Shown: positions 1-7,974, counted from the stretch's first letter. The stretch: 21,401 nucleotides of DNA from Verrucomicrobiota bacterium (GCA_008932965.1 WBXG01000029.1:1-21401); one strand, 5' to 3'. Program-made: numbers and translations. Notes: generated by a model not told the origin, from the sequence alone.

Positions 1-170
1 ATCCAGAAACCATGGGGCGCCAATTTCAATTTCTAGGGCTTGGAAAAGAGATGCCTCTCTCACGCAAATTAAGTGGGTTTCGTTATGAACGCCCAGGCAT
101 TCGTGGGCTTGGGATTTGATGACCCTTTTGAGATTTATTAAAATACTTTTTTTTACAAAACCAAGCCTCT

Positions 171-224
171 CAGCTTGCCTCAAAGTACGATTCAGTATGA
201 AATATGAAGTCTATCCGCATACTA
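171..224 (+). repeat. Decayed junction of the repeat family: right-end remnant (cagtatgaaatatg at 193-206) followed by a deleted left-end remnant (atccgcatacta at 213-224)
   Basis: 171-206 aligns with the right arm/end of full copies ('...cttcccggctttcgtagtagatcagtatgaaatatg'). The string 'ccgcatacta' recurs at 12711-12720, next to a full copy. It lies immediately upstream of the fabD start. Confidence 0.5.
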
Positions 225-228
225 ATTA

Positions 229-1185
229 TTGAATAACCGCTCTATGTCACATCCTCGTACCGCACTCCTTTTCTCTGGCCAGGGAGCTCAAACTGTTGGC
301 ATGGGCCAAGACCTTGCATTCTATTTTCCAACCGCTGCTGCCCTTTTTGAGGAGGCCAACACCTTACTCCAGATGCCTCTTTCTCAAATCATGTTTGAGG
401 GCCCCTCAGAGAAACTAACTCAGACGGCACTCTGTCAACCTGCCCTCTATGTTCATGGACTGGTTTGCCTGGCTTTATTAAAAGAAAAGTTACCTCATCT
501 CAAGTTGCATGCAGCAGCAGGTCTCTCACTTGGGGAATTCACAGCCCATGCAGCTGCGGGAACATTTGATTTTGCAACGGGTTTGAAACTTGTGGAACAA
601 CGAGCCCAATTCATGCAAGAGGCCTGTGAAGAGACCAAGGGAAGCATGGCTGCTATGATCGGTGCCGAAGAAGAGGTTGTCTATCGGCTCGCTTCGGTCG
701 CTGATGTCGATGTTGCTAATTTCAATGCACCTGGTCAAATTGTGATTTCTGGTGACAAGAAGAACATTGCAAAGGCGATTGAATTAGCCAAAGAACATGG
801 CATTCGAAAGGCCATTGAGCTCCAAGTAGCTGGAGCCTTTCATTCGCGTCTTATGAATTCTGCACGCCTGGAATTAAAAATTGTTTTAGAATCCACTCCG
901 ATAAAAACACCCCACATTCCTGTTATCTCCAATATCGATGCTAAGCCGGCAGAATCCCCAGAACGGATTCGTCAAACTCTCGCAGATCAAGTCACTGGTT
1001 CTGTACGATGGAGAGAAACAATAGAATATTTAATCGATGAATGTCAGTGCACCCGTTTCCTGGAGCTAGGACCTGGAGGGATTATCGCTGGACTTGTTAA
1101 TCGCATTCGTAAAGGAACCGAGGTTATTAGCATTTCTGACACAGCCACTCTGGAGGCAGCAGTAGAGATTCTCTCACACTCTTAA
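229..1185 (+). CDS. fabD: Malonyl-CoA:ACP transacylase (FabD)
   Basis: N-terminal 'ALLFSGQGAQ' motif, active-site 'GLSLGEF' (GxSxG nucleophile elbow), 'AFHS' motif, and about 310 aa, typical of FabD. The ORF opens with TTG at 229; an alternative ATG start is at 244. Confidence 0.9.
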   Translation: MNNRSMSHPRTALLFSGQGAQTVGMGQDLAFYFPTAAALFEEANTLLQMPLSQIMFEGPSEKLTQTALCQPALYVHGLVCLALLKEKLPHLKLHAAAGLSLGEFTAHAAAGTFDFATGLKLVEQRAQFMQEACEETKGSMAAMIGAEEEVVYRLASVADVDVANFNAPGQIVISGDKKNIAKAIELAKEHGIRKAIELQVAGAFHSRLMNSARLELKIVLESTPIKTPHIPVISNIDAKPAESPERIRQTLADQVTGSVRWRETIEYLIDECQCTRFLELGPGGIIAGLVNRIRKGTEVISISDTATLEAAVEILSHS

Positions 1186-1213
1186 AAAAGGGGAAGCTCC
1201 TCCTCTCCTTGCT

Positions 1214-2065
1214 GTGATGAGCCTAGCCCGGAATATTCTAGTGCCACCATCCATGAATAATAGAACTGCTCCCTTTTATTTACGCTGCTTTAGTCTCCTT
1301 TCTCTGGATGCTCTTTTGGTGGCACTGGCCTGGCAAGAGGTTTTAGCAGGCGTTAGTGGAGTAGATCTTCACTGGAATGAGAGAGTGCTTTTGGGAAGTG
1401 CAGTCTGGATTGTTTATAACGTGGACCATTTGCTTGATGGGCTTGTTAGCAAAAAATCGACTTACCTTAGCCAAGCACCACGACACACTTTTGTTCAAAA
1501 GCACCCGGGGTTTTTTATTTTCTCTATTGTCATAGCACTCGTTATTGCACTCTCTTTGTTACCGACTATTTCGTTTTCCCTTTGTAAAGGAGGAGCTCTA
1601 CTCGCTTTAGTGACCGGCCTGTATCTTTTTTTCAATTTCCTTCTCCTAGCCCATAAAATCTGGCCTCGAGGCAAAGAGATCATTATCTCCATGATCTTCA
1701 CTCTGGGATGCGGCTTGATTCCTTTTATTCAATCCAACCACAAAGGAGTTCTCTTTTTTTCAATGCTATTATTTTTTGTGATCTGTAGCATCAATTGTTC
1801 CCTCATTGCTCGGTTAGAGCGCGGTGTTCCCATCAAATCACTACTATCACATTTGATGCCTTCCCTATCGTGGACTCTTCCTGTCGCCCTTCTATTACTT
1901 TTAATCAATAATCTAAGCACTCACGCATCCATCATCACTGCATTTTTAGGAAGCCTAATAGGACTCTCCTTGGTGCCTCACATAGCAAAACGGTGTGGCT
2001 ATGAAATGGCCTCACTAGCCGCAGATGGGGCCCTTCTCTTGGGAGCAATACTCTCTTTTTTTTAG
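1214..2065 (+). CDS. Polytopic integral membrane protein, function unknown
   Basis: 283-aa ORF with about 7-8 long hydrophobic segments. It has an 'NVDHLLDG' stretch that only weakly resembles a prenyltransferase Asp-rich motif. No confident family assignment is possible from sequence alone. Confidence 0.5.
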   Translation: MMSLARNILVPPSMNNRTAPFYLRCFSLLSLDALLVALAWQEVLAGVSGVDLHWNERVLLGSAVWIVYNVDHLLDGLVSKKSTYLSQAPRHTFVQKHPGFFIFSIVIALVIALSLLPTISFSLCKGGALLALVTGLYLFFNFLLLAHKIWPRGKEIIISMIFTLGCGLIPFIQSNHKGVLFFSMLLFFVICSINCSLIARLERGVPIKSLLSHLMPSLSWTLPVALLLLLINNLSTHASIITAFLGSLIGLSLVPHIAKRCGYEMASLAADGALLLGAILSFF

Positions 2066-2068
2066 AAA

Positions 2069-2815
2069 TTATTTGAGAGAGGTTTGAGCAGCCACGGCAT
2101 TAATAGAAGCTAAGATTTTCTCCTGATCTCCTAAGTAATAGTGACGCAATGGTTGCAACTCATCACTCAGTTCGTAGACAAGAGGAACCCCTGTTGGAAT
2201 ATTAATTTCTGAAATTTCTTCTTCAGATATCTGATCTAAATGCTTCATAAAAGCTCGGATGGTATTACCGTGGGCCACAACAATAATCTTTTTTTCGGCA
2301 TGAAGTGCTGGGAGAATATGTTCCTTCCAGTAAGGAACAACTCTTTTCACAGTATCCTCGAGGGATTCTGTTAAAGGGAGCTCCTCCTTTGAAAGGAATG
2401 CATAGCGCGGATCATTGAGCGGAGAGCGCTTGTCATCTGACTCCAGAGGAAGAGGGGCACCGCTGTAGCTACGACGCCACAAGAGCACTTGCTCCTCTCC
2501 ATATTTTTCGACAGTTTCTGCCTTGTTGAGTCCTTGCAGAGATCCGTAATGTCGTTCATTGAGTTTCCATGAATGTTCCATAGGAATCCAAAGCTCATCG
2601 AGTTCTTCAAGGATTATCCATGCCGTCTTGAGTGACCGTTTTAATAAAGAAGTAAAAGCCAAATCAAAGCTATATCCCTCCTGACGCAGCAAAGCTCCAG
2701 CTGCGCGTGCTTCTTCCATTCCTTTTTTAGTGAGATCAACATCGGTCCACCCAGTAAAACGATTTTCTAAATTCCAAAGACTCTCTCCATGACGAATAAA
2801 TACAATTTTGTGCAT
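2069..2815 (-). CDS. gpmA: 2,3-bisphosphoglycerate-dependent phosphoglycerate mutase (GpmA)
   Basis: '[29 protein letters not shown]' carries the histidine-phosphatase RHGE motif, and '[10 protein letters not shown]' is the second catalytic His motif. The true start is the ATG at 2815-2813. The longer track ORF reaching 3136 runs into rpoA and has no homology. Confidence 0.9.
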   Translation of the reverse strand: MHKIVFIRHGESLWNLENRFTGWTDVDLTKKGMEEARAAGALLRQEGYSFDLAFTSLLKRSLKTAWIILEELDELWIPMEHSWKLNERHYGSLQGLNKAETVEKYGEEQVLLWRRSYSGAPLPLESDDKRSPLNDPRYAFLSKEELPLTESLEDTVKRVVPYWKEHILPALHAEKKIIVVAHGNTIRAFMKHLDQISEEEISEINIPTGVPLVYELSDELQPLRHYYLGDQEKILASINAVAAQTSLK

Positions 2816-3019
2816 CCTGAGAATATTAGTGTCCTTTATTGAAATTTCAATTGATGATTTAGTGTGAATCAAAAAGTACTTGCATCTAATGGAAGAAACG
2901 TTAGGGTAATGGGCTGCGCAAACTAATTCCAGAAGTTGCCGTTGGTCCTTAAGTAATGCTGTTTCATACTCATTACCAGATGCGCTAAGGGAAACCCGGC
3001 ACCAGAAATATATACTACT

Positions 3020-4036
3020 ATGCCTATTCGTCTTGGTCGTTTTGAAATGCCACAAGCTCTCGTCAAAGAGGAAACCTCCGCAACAGAAACCTACGCAAAA
3101 TTTATCGCTGAACCCTTTGAAGCAGGTTACGGCCATACGATTGGAAACTCATTGCGTCGCACGTTACTCTCCTCACTGGAAGGAGCTGCTATTACTTCCA
3201 TTCGTATTGAAGGAGCACATCATGAGTTCACAAGCCTTCCTGGTGTTGTGGAAGATGTTGTCGAAATCATCCTCAACTTGAAAAAAGTAAAATTTAAAGC
3301 TCACGACCATGATGTTCGCATGCTCAAACTTACTGTAAATAAAGAGGGAGCCGTCACAGCAGGTGACATCGCCTCCACGGCACAGTGTGAAGTTCTCAAT
3401 CCAGAACAGCATATCTGTACCCTGGATAAGAAAATGAAGTTTGAAGCAGAATTTGAAATCAAGGTAGGCCGCGGTTTTGCCACTGGTGATGAAAACAAAC
3501 ATGCTGACATGGCCGTTGGGGTAATCGCCATTGACTCGATTTTCTCCCCTGTAACACGAGTTAAGTATGCTGTAGAAAACACACGTGTCGGACAGCGCAC
3601 CGATTACGATAAACTTATTCTTGAAATCTGGACAGATGGTCGCCTCACCCCAGAGGAAGCAATCCTACAGGCCTCTGCAATCCTTCGCCATCACCTCGAT
3701 GTTTTTGTCAATTTTGATGATACTCAAATCGAATTTGATGAAACTCCAACAGAAGTTAGCCAAGAAAACAGCCGCCTCAAAAAACTCTTGTCGATGAGCG
3801 TCAACGAAATCGAGCTCTCCGTGCGTGCCGCTAATTGTCTTAACAATGCTAACATCACTACGGTGGGTCAGCTTGCTACCAAATCGGAACCAGACATGCT
3901 GAAGTACCGGAACTTCGGTAAGAAATCACTCAATGAGATTAAAGACAAGTTAGTACAGCTTGGCCTAGGTCTTGGAATGAAGTTCGAAGCAGGTCTCATC
4001 GAGCAAACATCGATTACCACCACCATCTTAGAGTAA
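3020..4036 (+). CDS. rpoA: DNA-directed RNA polymerase alpha subunit
   Basis: '[38 protein letters not shown]' is the canonical alpha NTD. The C-terminal domain '[26 protein letters not shown]' is the alpha-CTD helix-hairpin-helix. rplQ follows. Confidence 0.97.
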   Translation: MPIRLGRFEMPQALVKEETSATETYAKFIAEPFEAGYGHTIGNSLRRTLLSSLEGAAITSIRIEGAHHEFTSLPGVVEDVVEIILNLKKVKFKAHDHDVRMLKLTVNKEGAVTAGDIASTAQCEVLNPEQHICTLDKKMKFEAEFEIKVGRGFATGDENKHADMAVGVIAIDSIFSPVTRVKYAVENTRVGQRTDYDKLILEIWTDGRLTPEEAILQASAILRHHLDVFVNFDDTQIEFDETPTEVSQENSRLKKLLSMSVNEIELSVRAANCLNNANITTVGQLATKSEPDMLKYRNFGKKSLNEIKDKLVQLGLGLGMKFEAGLIEQTSITTTILE

Positions 4037-4057
4037 TTTTTAACATTATTTGGAATT

Positions 4058-4477
4058 ATGCGTCATCGCAGAAAAACTATTAAACTAGGCCGCTCAACGG
4101 CTCACCGTGACTCCTTGCTCGCCAATCAAGTTTGCAGTTTGATTGAACATCATCGAATCAAAACAACACTCGCTAAAGCAAAGGCTACAAAGCCTCTTGC
4201 GGAACGTATGGTGACTCTCGGAAAACGTGGAGACCTTCATGCACGCCGCACTGCGATCTCTTACCTAAAACAGAAAGATATCGTCAAGGTTCTTTTTGAG
4301 AAGATAGCCCCCGCTGCTGCTAACCGCCAAGGAGGTTATACTAGAATCACAAAGCTTGGACCTCGTCAAAGCGACAGCGCTCCAATGGCTTATCTTGAGT
4401 GGGTAGATACTGCTCCAGATCTTGAGACAAAGATAGAAGCAGAAGTCATTCCCTCTACTACTTCCTCCAAAAAATAA
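4058..4477 (+). CDS. rplQ: 50S ribosomal protein L17
   Basis: 'MRHRRKTIKLGRSTAHRDSLLANQ...GGYTRITKLGPRQSDSAPMAYLE' is a typical L17 sequence. Its position directly after rpoA fits. Confidence 0.95.
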   Translation: MRHRRKTIKLGRSTAHRDSLLANQVCSLIEHHRIKTTLAKAKATKPLAERMVTLGKRGDLHARRTAISYLKQKDIVKVLFEKIAPAAANRQGGYTRITKLGPRQSDSAPMAYLEWVDTAPDLETKIEAEVIPSTTSSKK

Positions 4478-4538
4478 GACTCCCCAGAAATAGGTGAAGT
4501 CATACTCCCCCTGGCGACTTCACAACAAAAATCACAAG

Positions 4539-4578
4539 AACCCCGGGTGCTCTGCATTTCCGGGGTTGTTTGTTTTTA
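4539..4578 (+). terminator. Rho-independent terminator of rpoA-rplQ
   Basis: An 8-bp stem of AACCCCGG (4539-4546) with CCGGGGTT (4560-4567), a 13-nt loop, then the T-rich run GTTTGTTTTTAT. It lies about 60 nt after the rplQ stop. Confidence 0.65.
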
Positions 4579-4586
4579 TATGACAC

Positions 4587-4774
4587 TTAACCCGCATATT
4601 TCATACTGGTTCGTCGCGAGGCGCCGTGCAAAGCCTATTAGTACAAGGCGGGCGAAGGATTGCGACTACGGCTGTATGTTTCATACTGCCCCCTCAATAA
4701 CAATTCGAGACCAACGCAGTAATAATGAATTTTGCACAAGCAGTAATAGATTAAGTGTGAAATATGCGGGTTAA
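4587..4774 (+). mobile_element. Palindromic TIR element, subtype 2 (184 nt plus duplicated TTAA), intergenic between rplQ and nadE
   Basis: TTAA at 4587-4590 and 4771-4774. Left end is 'cccgcatatttcatactg' and right end 'gtgtgaaatatgcggg'. The interior 'gaggcgccgtgcaaagcctattagtacaaggcgg' is shared with the copies at ~9759 and 21121. Apical hairpin 'ggctgtatgtttcatactgcc' is at 4679-4699. Confidence 0.88.
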
Positions 4775-4844
4775 TCAAGCAGGGGGCAGTTTCTTTATTT
4801 CTGGCTGCAACTTTATATAAAATGATGTAGGCTAAAAGTTTTCC

Positions 4845-6776
4845 ATGAAAATTGGCATTGCACAGATTAATACAACTGTTGGTGATCTTACTGGTAATGC
4901 CACCTTGATTTTTAATGCGTATAAAGAACTCGTTGCACAAGGAGCTGATCTTGTTATCACACCAGAACTCGCACTTACTGGATACCCGCCACAGGATCTT
5001 CTTTTTTCTGAGCATTTTATTAATGAGAATTTGAAGAGCCTCTCTTCTTTAGAAAAAAAAATTGGAACGGTCCCTCTCCTTGTCGGTTTTGTGGATAAAA
5101 ATAAAAACAGTAAAGGAAAGTCACTTTACAATGCAGCTGCACTCTTGCAAAGAGGAGCCCCACCTTGTGTGGCCCATAAACGCCTTCTCCCTACCTATGA
5201 TGTCTTTGATGAAGCTCGTTACTTTGAGCCCGGCAATCAATCAACCTGCTTTTCATATCTAGGAAAAATCTGGGGAATCACAATCTGCGAAGATCTCTGG
5301 ACTCCCGAATATTTACCTTGTGATCTTTATAGCGTTGATCCAGTTCAAGAACTCATTGTTCAAGGAGCGCAAATTATTTTAAACCTAAGTGCTTCTCCTT
5401 TTCAATTAGGCAAACCGGCACAACGTCTTGCAATGCTACAGGCGCAAGCAGAGCGATTCCAGCGCCCCATTGTCTATTGCAATTCCGTTGGGGGTAACGA
5501 TCAGCTGATTTTTGATGGACATTCCTTAGTCATCAATGCTCAAGGTAATCCCTGCGCTTTTTTTCAAGGATACATCGAAGAAAAAAATGTAATTGACCTC
5601 TCCCTGCCTTCTTATGGAGCAATAGAAACAAAGCGAGCACTCGAAATTTTTAAGAAAATAGATTCGATGCAGGAACTTCACGATGCCTTGGTCCTTGGTA
5701 TTAGGGATTACCTTAGTAAATGCGGCTTGGAACATGCCCTCCTCGGACTCAGTGGTGGTATCGATTCTGCAGTGGTTGCTGCACTCGCTACTGCAGCCCT
5801 TGGTGCAAAGAGAGTCACTGGAATCCTGATGCCTGGCCCCTACTCATCTCAAGGGAGCATTGATGATGCTGTTGCATTAGCCAATAACTTGAGTATCTCC
5901 CACCTCACCCTTCCTATTACTCCACTCTTCGAGGAGGCAAAAAAGAGTTTTCAAGAACCATTTAAACATTTGAAAGAGGACTTAACCCGGATAATTCATA
6001 CTGATCGTGACGAAGAGGCCGCGAAGGCTGATGGGCATCACTGGCGGTCGGAAGACCACGGGGGAGACTGTCGGAGACTTCCTTTAGGTAGCCCTGAAAG
6101 GGCGAGACAAGCAGGAGCGAGCGAGTCAACGCAGGCACGTATTTTGACGCAGGGCTGTATGAGTCCTTACCGCCCAAGTCAAAATGGGAATCTAACGCAG
6201 CATCCATCTAGCTTCCCAGCTTCCGTAGGTGATCGGGATGAAACATCCGGGTTAACTGAGGAAAATCTCCAAGCTCGCCTCCGCGGAGTCACCCTGATGG
6301 CTCTTTCCAACAAGTTGGGAGGCCTTCTTCTCACCACAGGAAATAAAAGCGAACTTGCTGTGGGCTACTGCACTCTCTATGGGGATATGTGTGGTGGTTT
6401 AGCAGTTATTGGTGATGTTCCAAAAACTGTTGTTTATCAACTGGCTCACTGGATCAATCGTGAGAAGGAAATTATCCCTTGGAACTCCATTCAAAAAGAC
6501 CCTAGCGCTGAACTTCGACCGAACCAAAAAGATCAGGACTCCCTCCCTCCCTACGATATTTTAGATAAAATTCTTGAACTGTTCTTAGAAGAAAATCAAT
6601 CTGTCACTCAAATCATGAATCAAGGCTTCGCTAAAAAAACAATCCTTTGGGTTATTCATCAAATTTATCGTAATGAATACAAGCGCCAGCAATCTGCTCC
6701 TGGTTTAAAAGTCACCAGTAAAGCATTTGGCCTGGGCCGACGTTTTCCAATAGCACAGGGTTATATTGAAAAGTAA
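4845..6776 (+). CDS. nadE: Glutamine-dependent NAD+ synthetase (NadE; CN-hydrolase domain plus NAD synthetase domain) carrying a 90-aa in-frame repeat-derived insertion
   Basis: The N-terminus 'MKIGIAQINTTVGDLTGN...PELALTGYPPQDL' is a nitrilase-type glutaminase domain. 'GLSGGIDSAVVAAL' is the PP-loop, with 'TEENLQARLRGVTLMALSN' and 'LLLTTGNKSELAVGYCTLYGDM' downstream. Total length is 643 aa, or 553 aa without the insert at 5982-6255. Confidence 0.9.
   Translation: MKIGIAQINTTVGDLTGNATLIFNAYKELVAQGADLVITPELALTGYPPQDLLFSEHFINENLKSLSSLEKKIGTVPLLVGFVDKNKNSKGKSLYNAAALLQRGAPPCVAHKRLLPTYDVFDEARYFEPGNQSTCFSYLGKIWGITICEDLWTPEYLPCDLYSVDPVQELIVQGAQIILNLSASPFQLGKPAQRLAMLQAQAERFQRPIVYCNSVGGNDQLIFDGHSLVINAQGNPCAFFQGYIEEKNVIDLSLPSYGAIETKRALEIFKKIDSMQELHDALVLGIRDYLSKCGLEHALLGLSGGIDSAVVAALATAALGAKRVTGILMPGPYSSQGSIDDAVALANNLSISHLTLPITPLFEEAKKSFQEPFKHLKEDLTRIIHTDRDEEAAKADGHHWRSEDHGGDCRRLPLGSPERARQAGASESTQARILTQGCMSPYRPSQNGNLTQHPSSFPASVGDRDETSGLTEENLQARLRGVTLMALSNKLGGLLLTTGNKSELAVGYCTLYGDMCGGLAVIGDVPKTVVYQLAHWINREKEIIPWNSIQKDPSAELRPNQKDQDSLPPYDILDKILELFLEENQSVTQIMNQGFAKKTILWVIHQIYRNEYKRQQSAPGLKVTSKAFGLGRRFPIAQGYIEK
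5982..6255 (+). mobile_element. Palindromic TIR element, subtype 1 long form (270 nt plus duplicated TTAA), inserted in frame inside nadE
   Basis: TTAA at 5982-5985 and 6252-6255. Ends are 'cccggataattcatactgatcg' and 'gatcgggatgaaacatccggg'. The interior matches the subtype-1 copies and carries an extra 90-nt module also present in the copy at 12906. No stop codon occurs in the nadE frame. Confidence 0.9.
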
Positions 6777-6782
6777 AATGTT

Positions 6783-7145
6783 ATGCAAGTTCACGGAACA
6801 GAATCTTTCAGTCCAGCAGTTGGGGCATCAGAAAAAAAAACCTTTCCTTCCACCTGGAGTAATGGAGTGAAAGGTAATTTCAATATTTCTTCCTTCCTAG
6901 CACGTTTTAGGATGCCAACTCTTAATTTTGGAATAATGAAAACGTATGAAAATTTCTCACAAAGAATTAAAGATTACTTTGATCCAGACAAGAGCACCAA
7001 TGGTTCCAAAATATCACCAAAGCAGATGATCTCACCAAAGCAGATGAAATTGGTTGAGAAGGTGAAAAGTGCTAATTTTGTTGGACCTGATGATGATGAT
7101 AATTCGATTAAAGTAACACCTTTTAACCCCGAAAACATTTTTTGA
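6783..7145 (+). CDS. Hypothetical small protein (120 aa), weak call
   Basis: An open frame directly after nadE with no recognisable motif. It contains an 18-nt perfect-register tandem duplication (7011-7046) encoding ISPKQM twice. Confidence 0.3.
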   Translation: MQVHGTESFSPAVGASEKKTFPSTWSNGVKGNFNISSFLARFRMPTLNFGIMKTYENFSQRIKDYFDPDKSTNGSKISPKQMISPKQMKLVEKVKSANFVGPDDDDNSIKVTPFNPENIF

Positions 7146-7181
7146 CTCCAATAACCTTCCTATGAAGCATGTACAATTGCT

Positions 7182-7365
7182 TTAACCCGCATATTTCATA
7201 CTGATCGTGATGAGGGGGCAGCAAAGGCTGATGGGGCAAGTCGAGTGATGAAGTCTGACGACGGCTGTATGAGTACATACTGCCCGAGGAGCAATTCGAA
7301 GCTGACGCAGTATCCATCAGTTGTTCGCAAGCTGCAGCAGAATCGGTATGAAATATGCGCGTTAA
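7182..7365 (+). mobile_element. Palindromic TIR element, subtype 1 short form (180 nt plus duplicated TTAA)
   Basis: TTAA at 7182-7185 and 7362-7365. It has the 'cccgcatatttcatactgatcgtga' left end, the 'ggtatgaaatatgcgcg' right end and the apical hairpin at 7263-7284. It lies between the convergent ORF 6783-7145 and msrB. Its right TTAA contains the msrB stop codon. Confidence 0.9.
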
Positions 7366-7925
7366 TCTTTCTTTTGTAAAAATTTTTCTTTTGTCCTAAA
7401 AATCAGCGCTGCAGCATTCAGACAATAACGAAGTCCTGTTGGTGGCGGCCCATCAGGAAAAACGTGACCGAGATGTCCCCCGCACCGAGCACAGAGAATT
7501 TCATCACGTACCATTCCATGCGAAGTGTCATGTTGGGTCACGATATTCTCCGGAGCGTAGGGTTGAAAGAAGCTTGGCCATCCTGTTCCTGAGTGGAATT
7601 TGGAGGCAGAGGAAAAAAGAGGCAAGTCACATCCTGCACAAAAATAAATTCCCTCTTGGTGATTATCGAGGAGGTTACCACAAAAGGGAGGTTCCGTTCC
7701 CCGAGCTCGCAAGATTTTATAGACTTTTTCACCAAGCTCTTTTTTCCATTCCTCATCGGTTTTAACCACACGAGGAACCATGACTACAGGTCCTGGGAGA
7801 CCCTTTAGACCTACGAGCCGTACGGGAACATCGTTTGAAGAAGAATGATTCATGGGAGTAGCAGATTGAGAATGCGATTGGGTTACCACTAAAAAAAGAA
7901 GAGCTAAAAAGAGTATTGGCCTCAT
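7362..7925 (-). CDS. msrB: Peptide-methionine (R)-S-oxide reductase MsrB with N-terminal signal peptide
   Basis: SelR domain: 'CAGCDLPLFSSASKFHSGTGWPSFF' and 'CARCGGHLGHVFPDGPPPTGLRYCLN', with two CxxC pairs and the catalytic Cys. The N-terminus 'MRPILFLALLFLVVTQSHS' is signal-like. Confidence 0.9.
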   Translation of the reverse strand: MRPILFLALLFLVVTQSHSQSATPMNHSSSNDVPVRLVGLKGLPGPVVMVPRVVKTDEEWKKELGEKVYKILRARGTEPPFCGNLLDNHQEGIYFCAGCDLPLFSSASKFHSGTGWPSFFQPYAPENIVTQHDTSHGMVRDEILCARCGGHLGHVFPDGPPPTGLRYCLNAAALIFRTKEKFLQKKD

Positions 7926-7974
7926 AGAAATATTTTTTTAGAATCCATTCCCTATTCTTCTTCTTTAAGCTACT

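Noticed and set aside
2962-2970. 'tttcatact' 9-mer in the gpmA-rpoA spacer as another element remnant
   Set aside because: A single 9-nt match with no flanking similarity is within chance expectation for a window of this size.
2816-3136. 107-codon N-terminal extension of the gpmA track ORF (2069-3136, - strand)
   Set aside because: GpmA homology begins at '[12 protein letters not shown]' (ATG at 2815). The extension has no homology and overlaps the rpoA start on the opposite strand.
3033-3797. Overlapping ORFs within rpoA (3033-3281 +, 3173-3502 -, 3301-3600 -, 3585-3797 +). The same applies to the shadow ORFs inside fabD, the membrane protein gene, gpmA, nadE, msrB, plsY, the ABC ATPase, the thioesterase, the 666-aa ORF, the deacetylase, dxs, smpB and the two glycosyltransferase genes.
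   Set aside because: All are embedded in or antisense to well-supported conserved genes. They are short, have no motifs, and are typical shadow ORFs.
4547-5015. ORFs 4547-4774 (+) and 4638-5015 (-) between rplQ and nadE
   Set aside because: Both are read-throughs of the subtype-2 repeat element. The second also runs antisense into the nadE 5' end. They have no motifs and an odd composition.
5962-6207. Antisense ORFs inside the repeat elements (5962-6207, 7123-7317 and 12718-13053, all - strand) and the first 49 codons of ORF 20012-21076
   Set aside because: They share peptides such as 'SRRQTSSL.LPHQPSRPPRHDQYEICGL' only because they translate the same repeat in its open reverse frame. That is a property of the palindromic element, not evidence for a gene family.
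5982-6255. The nadE insert as an intein or a self-splicing intron
   Set aside because: At 90 aa it is too short and lacks intein blocks; there is no Cys/Ser at the N-terminal junction and no His-Asn at the C-terminal junction. At 270 nt it is too small for a group I or group II intron and I see no core motifs of either. Its identity to intergenic TIR elements points to a MITE-like insertion. RNA-level removal is not formally excluded and is listed as a test.
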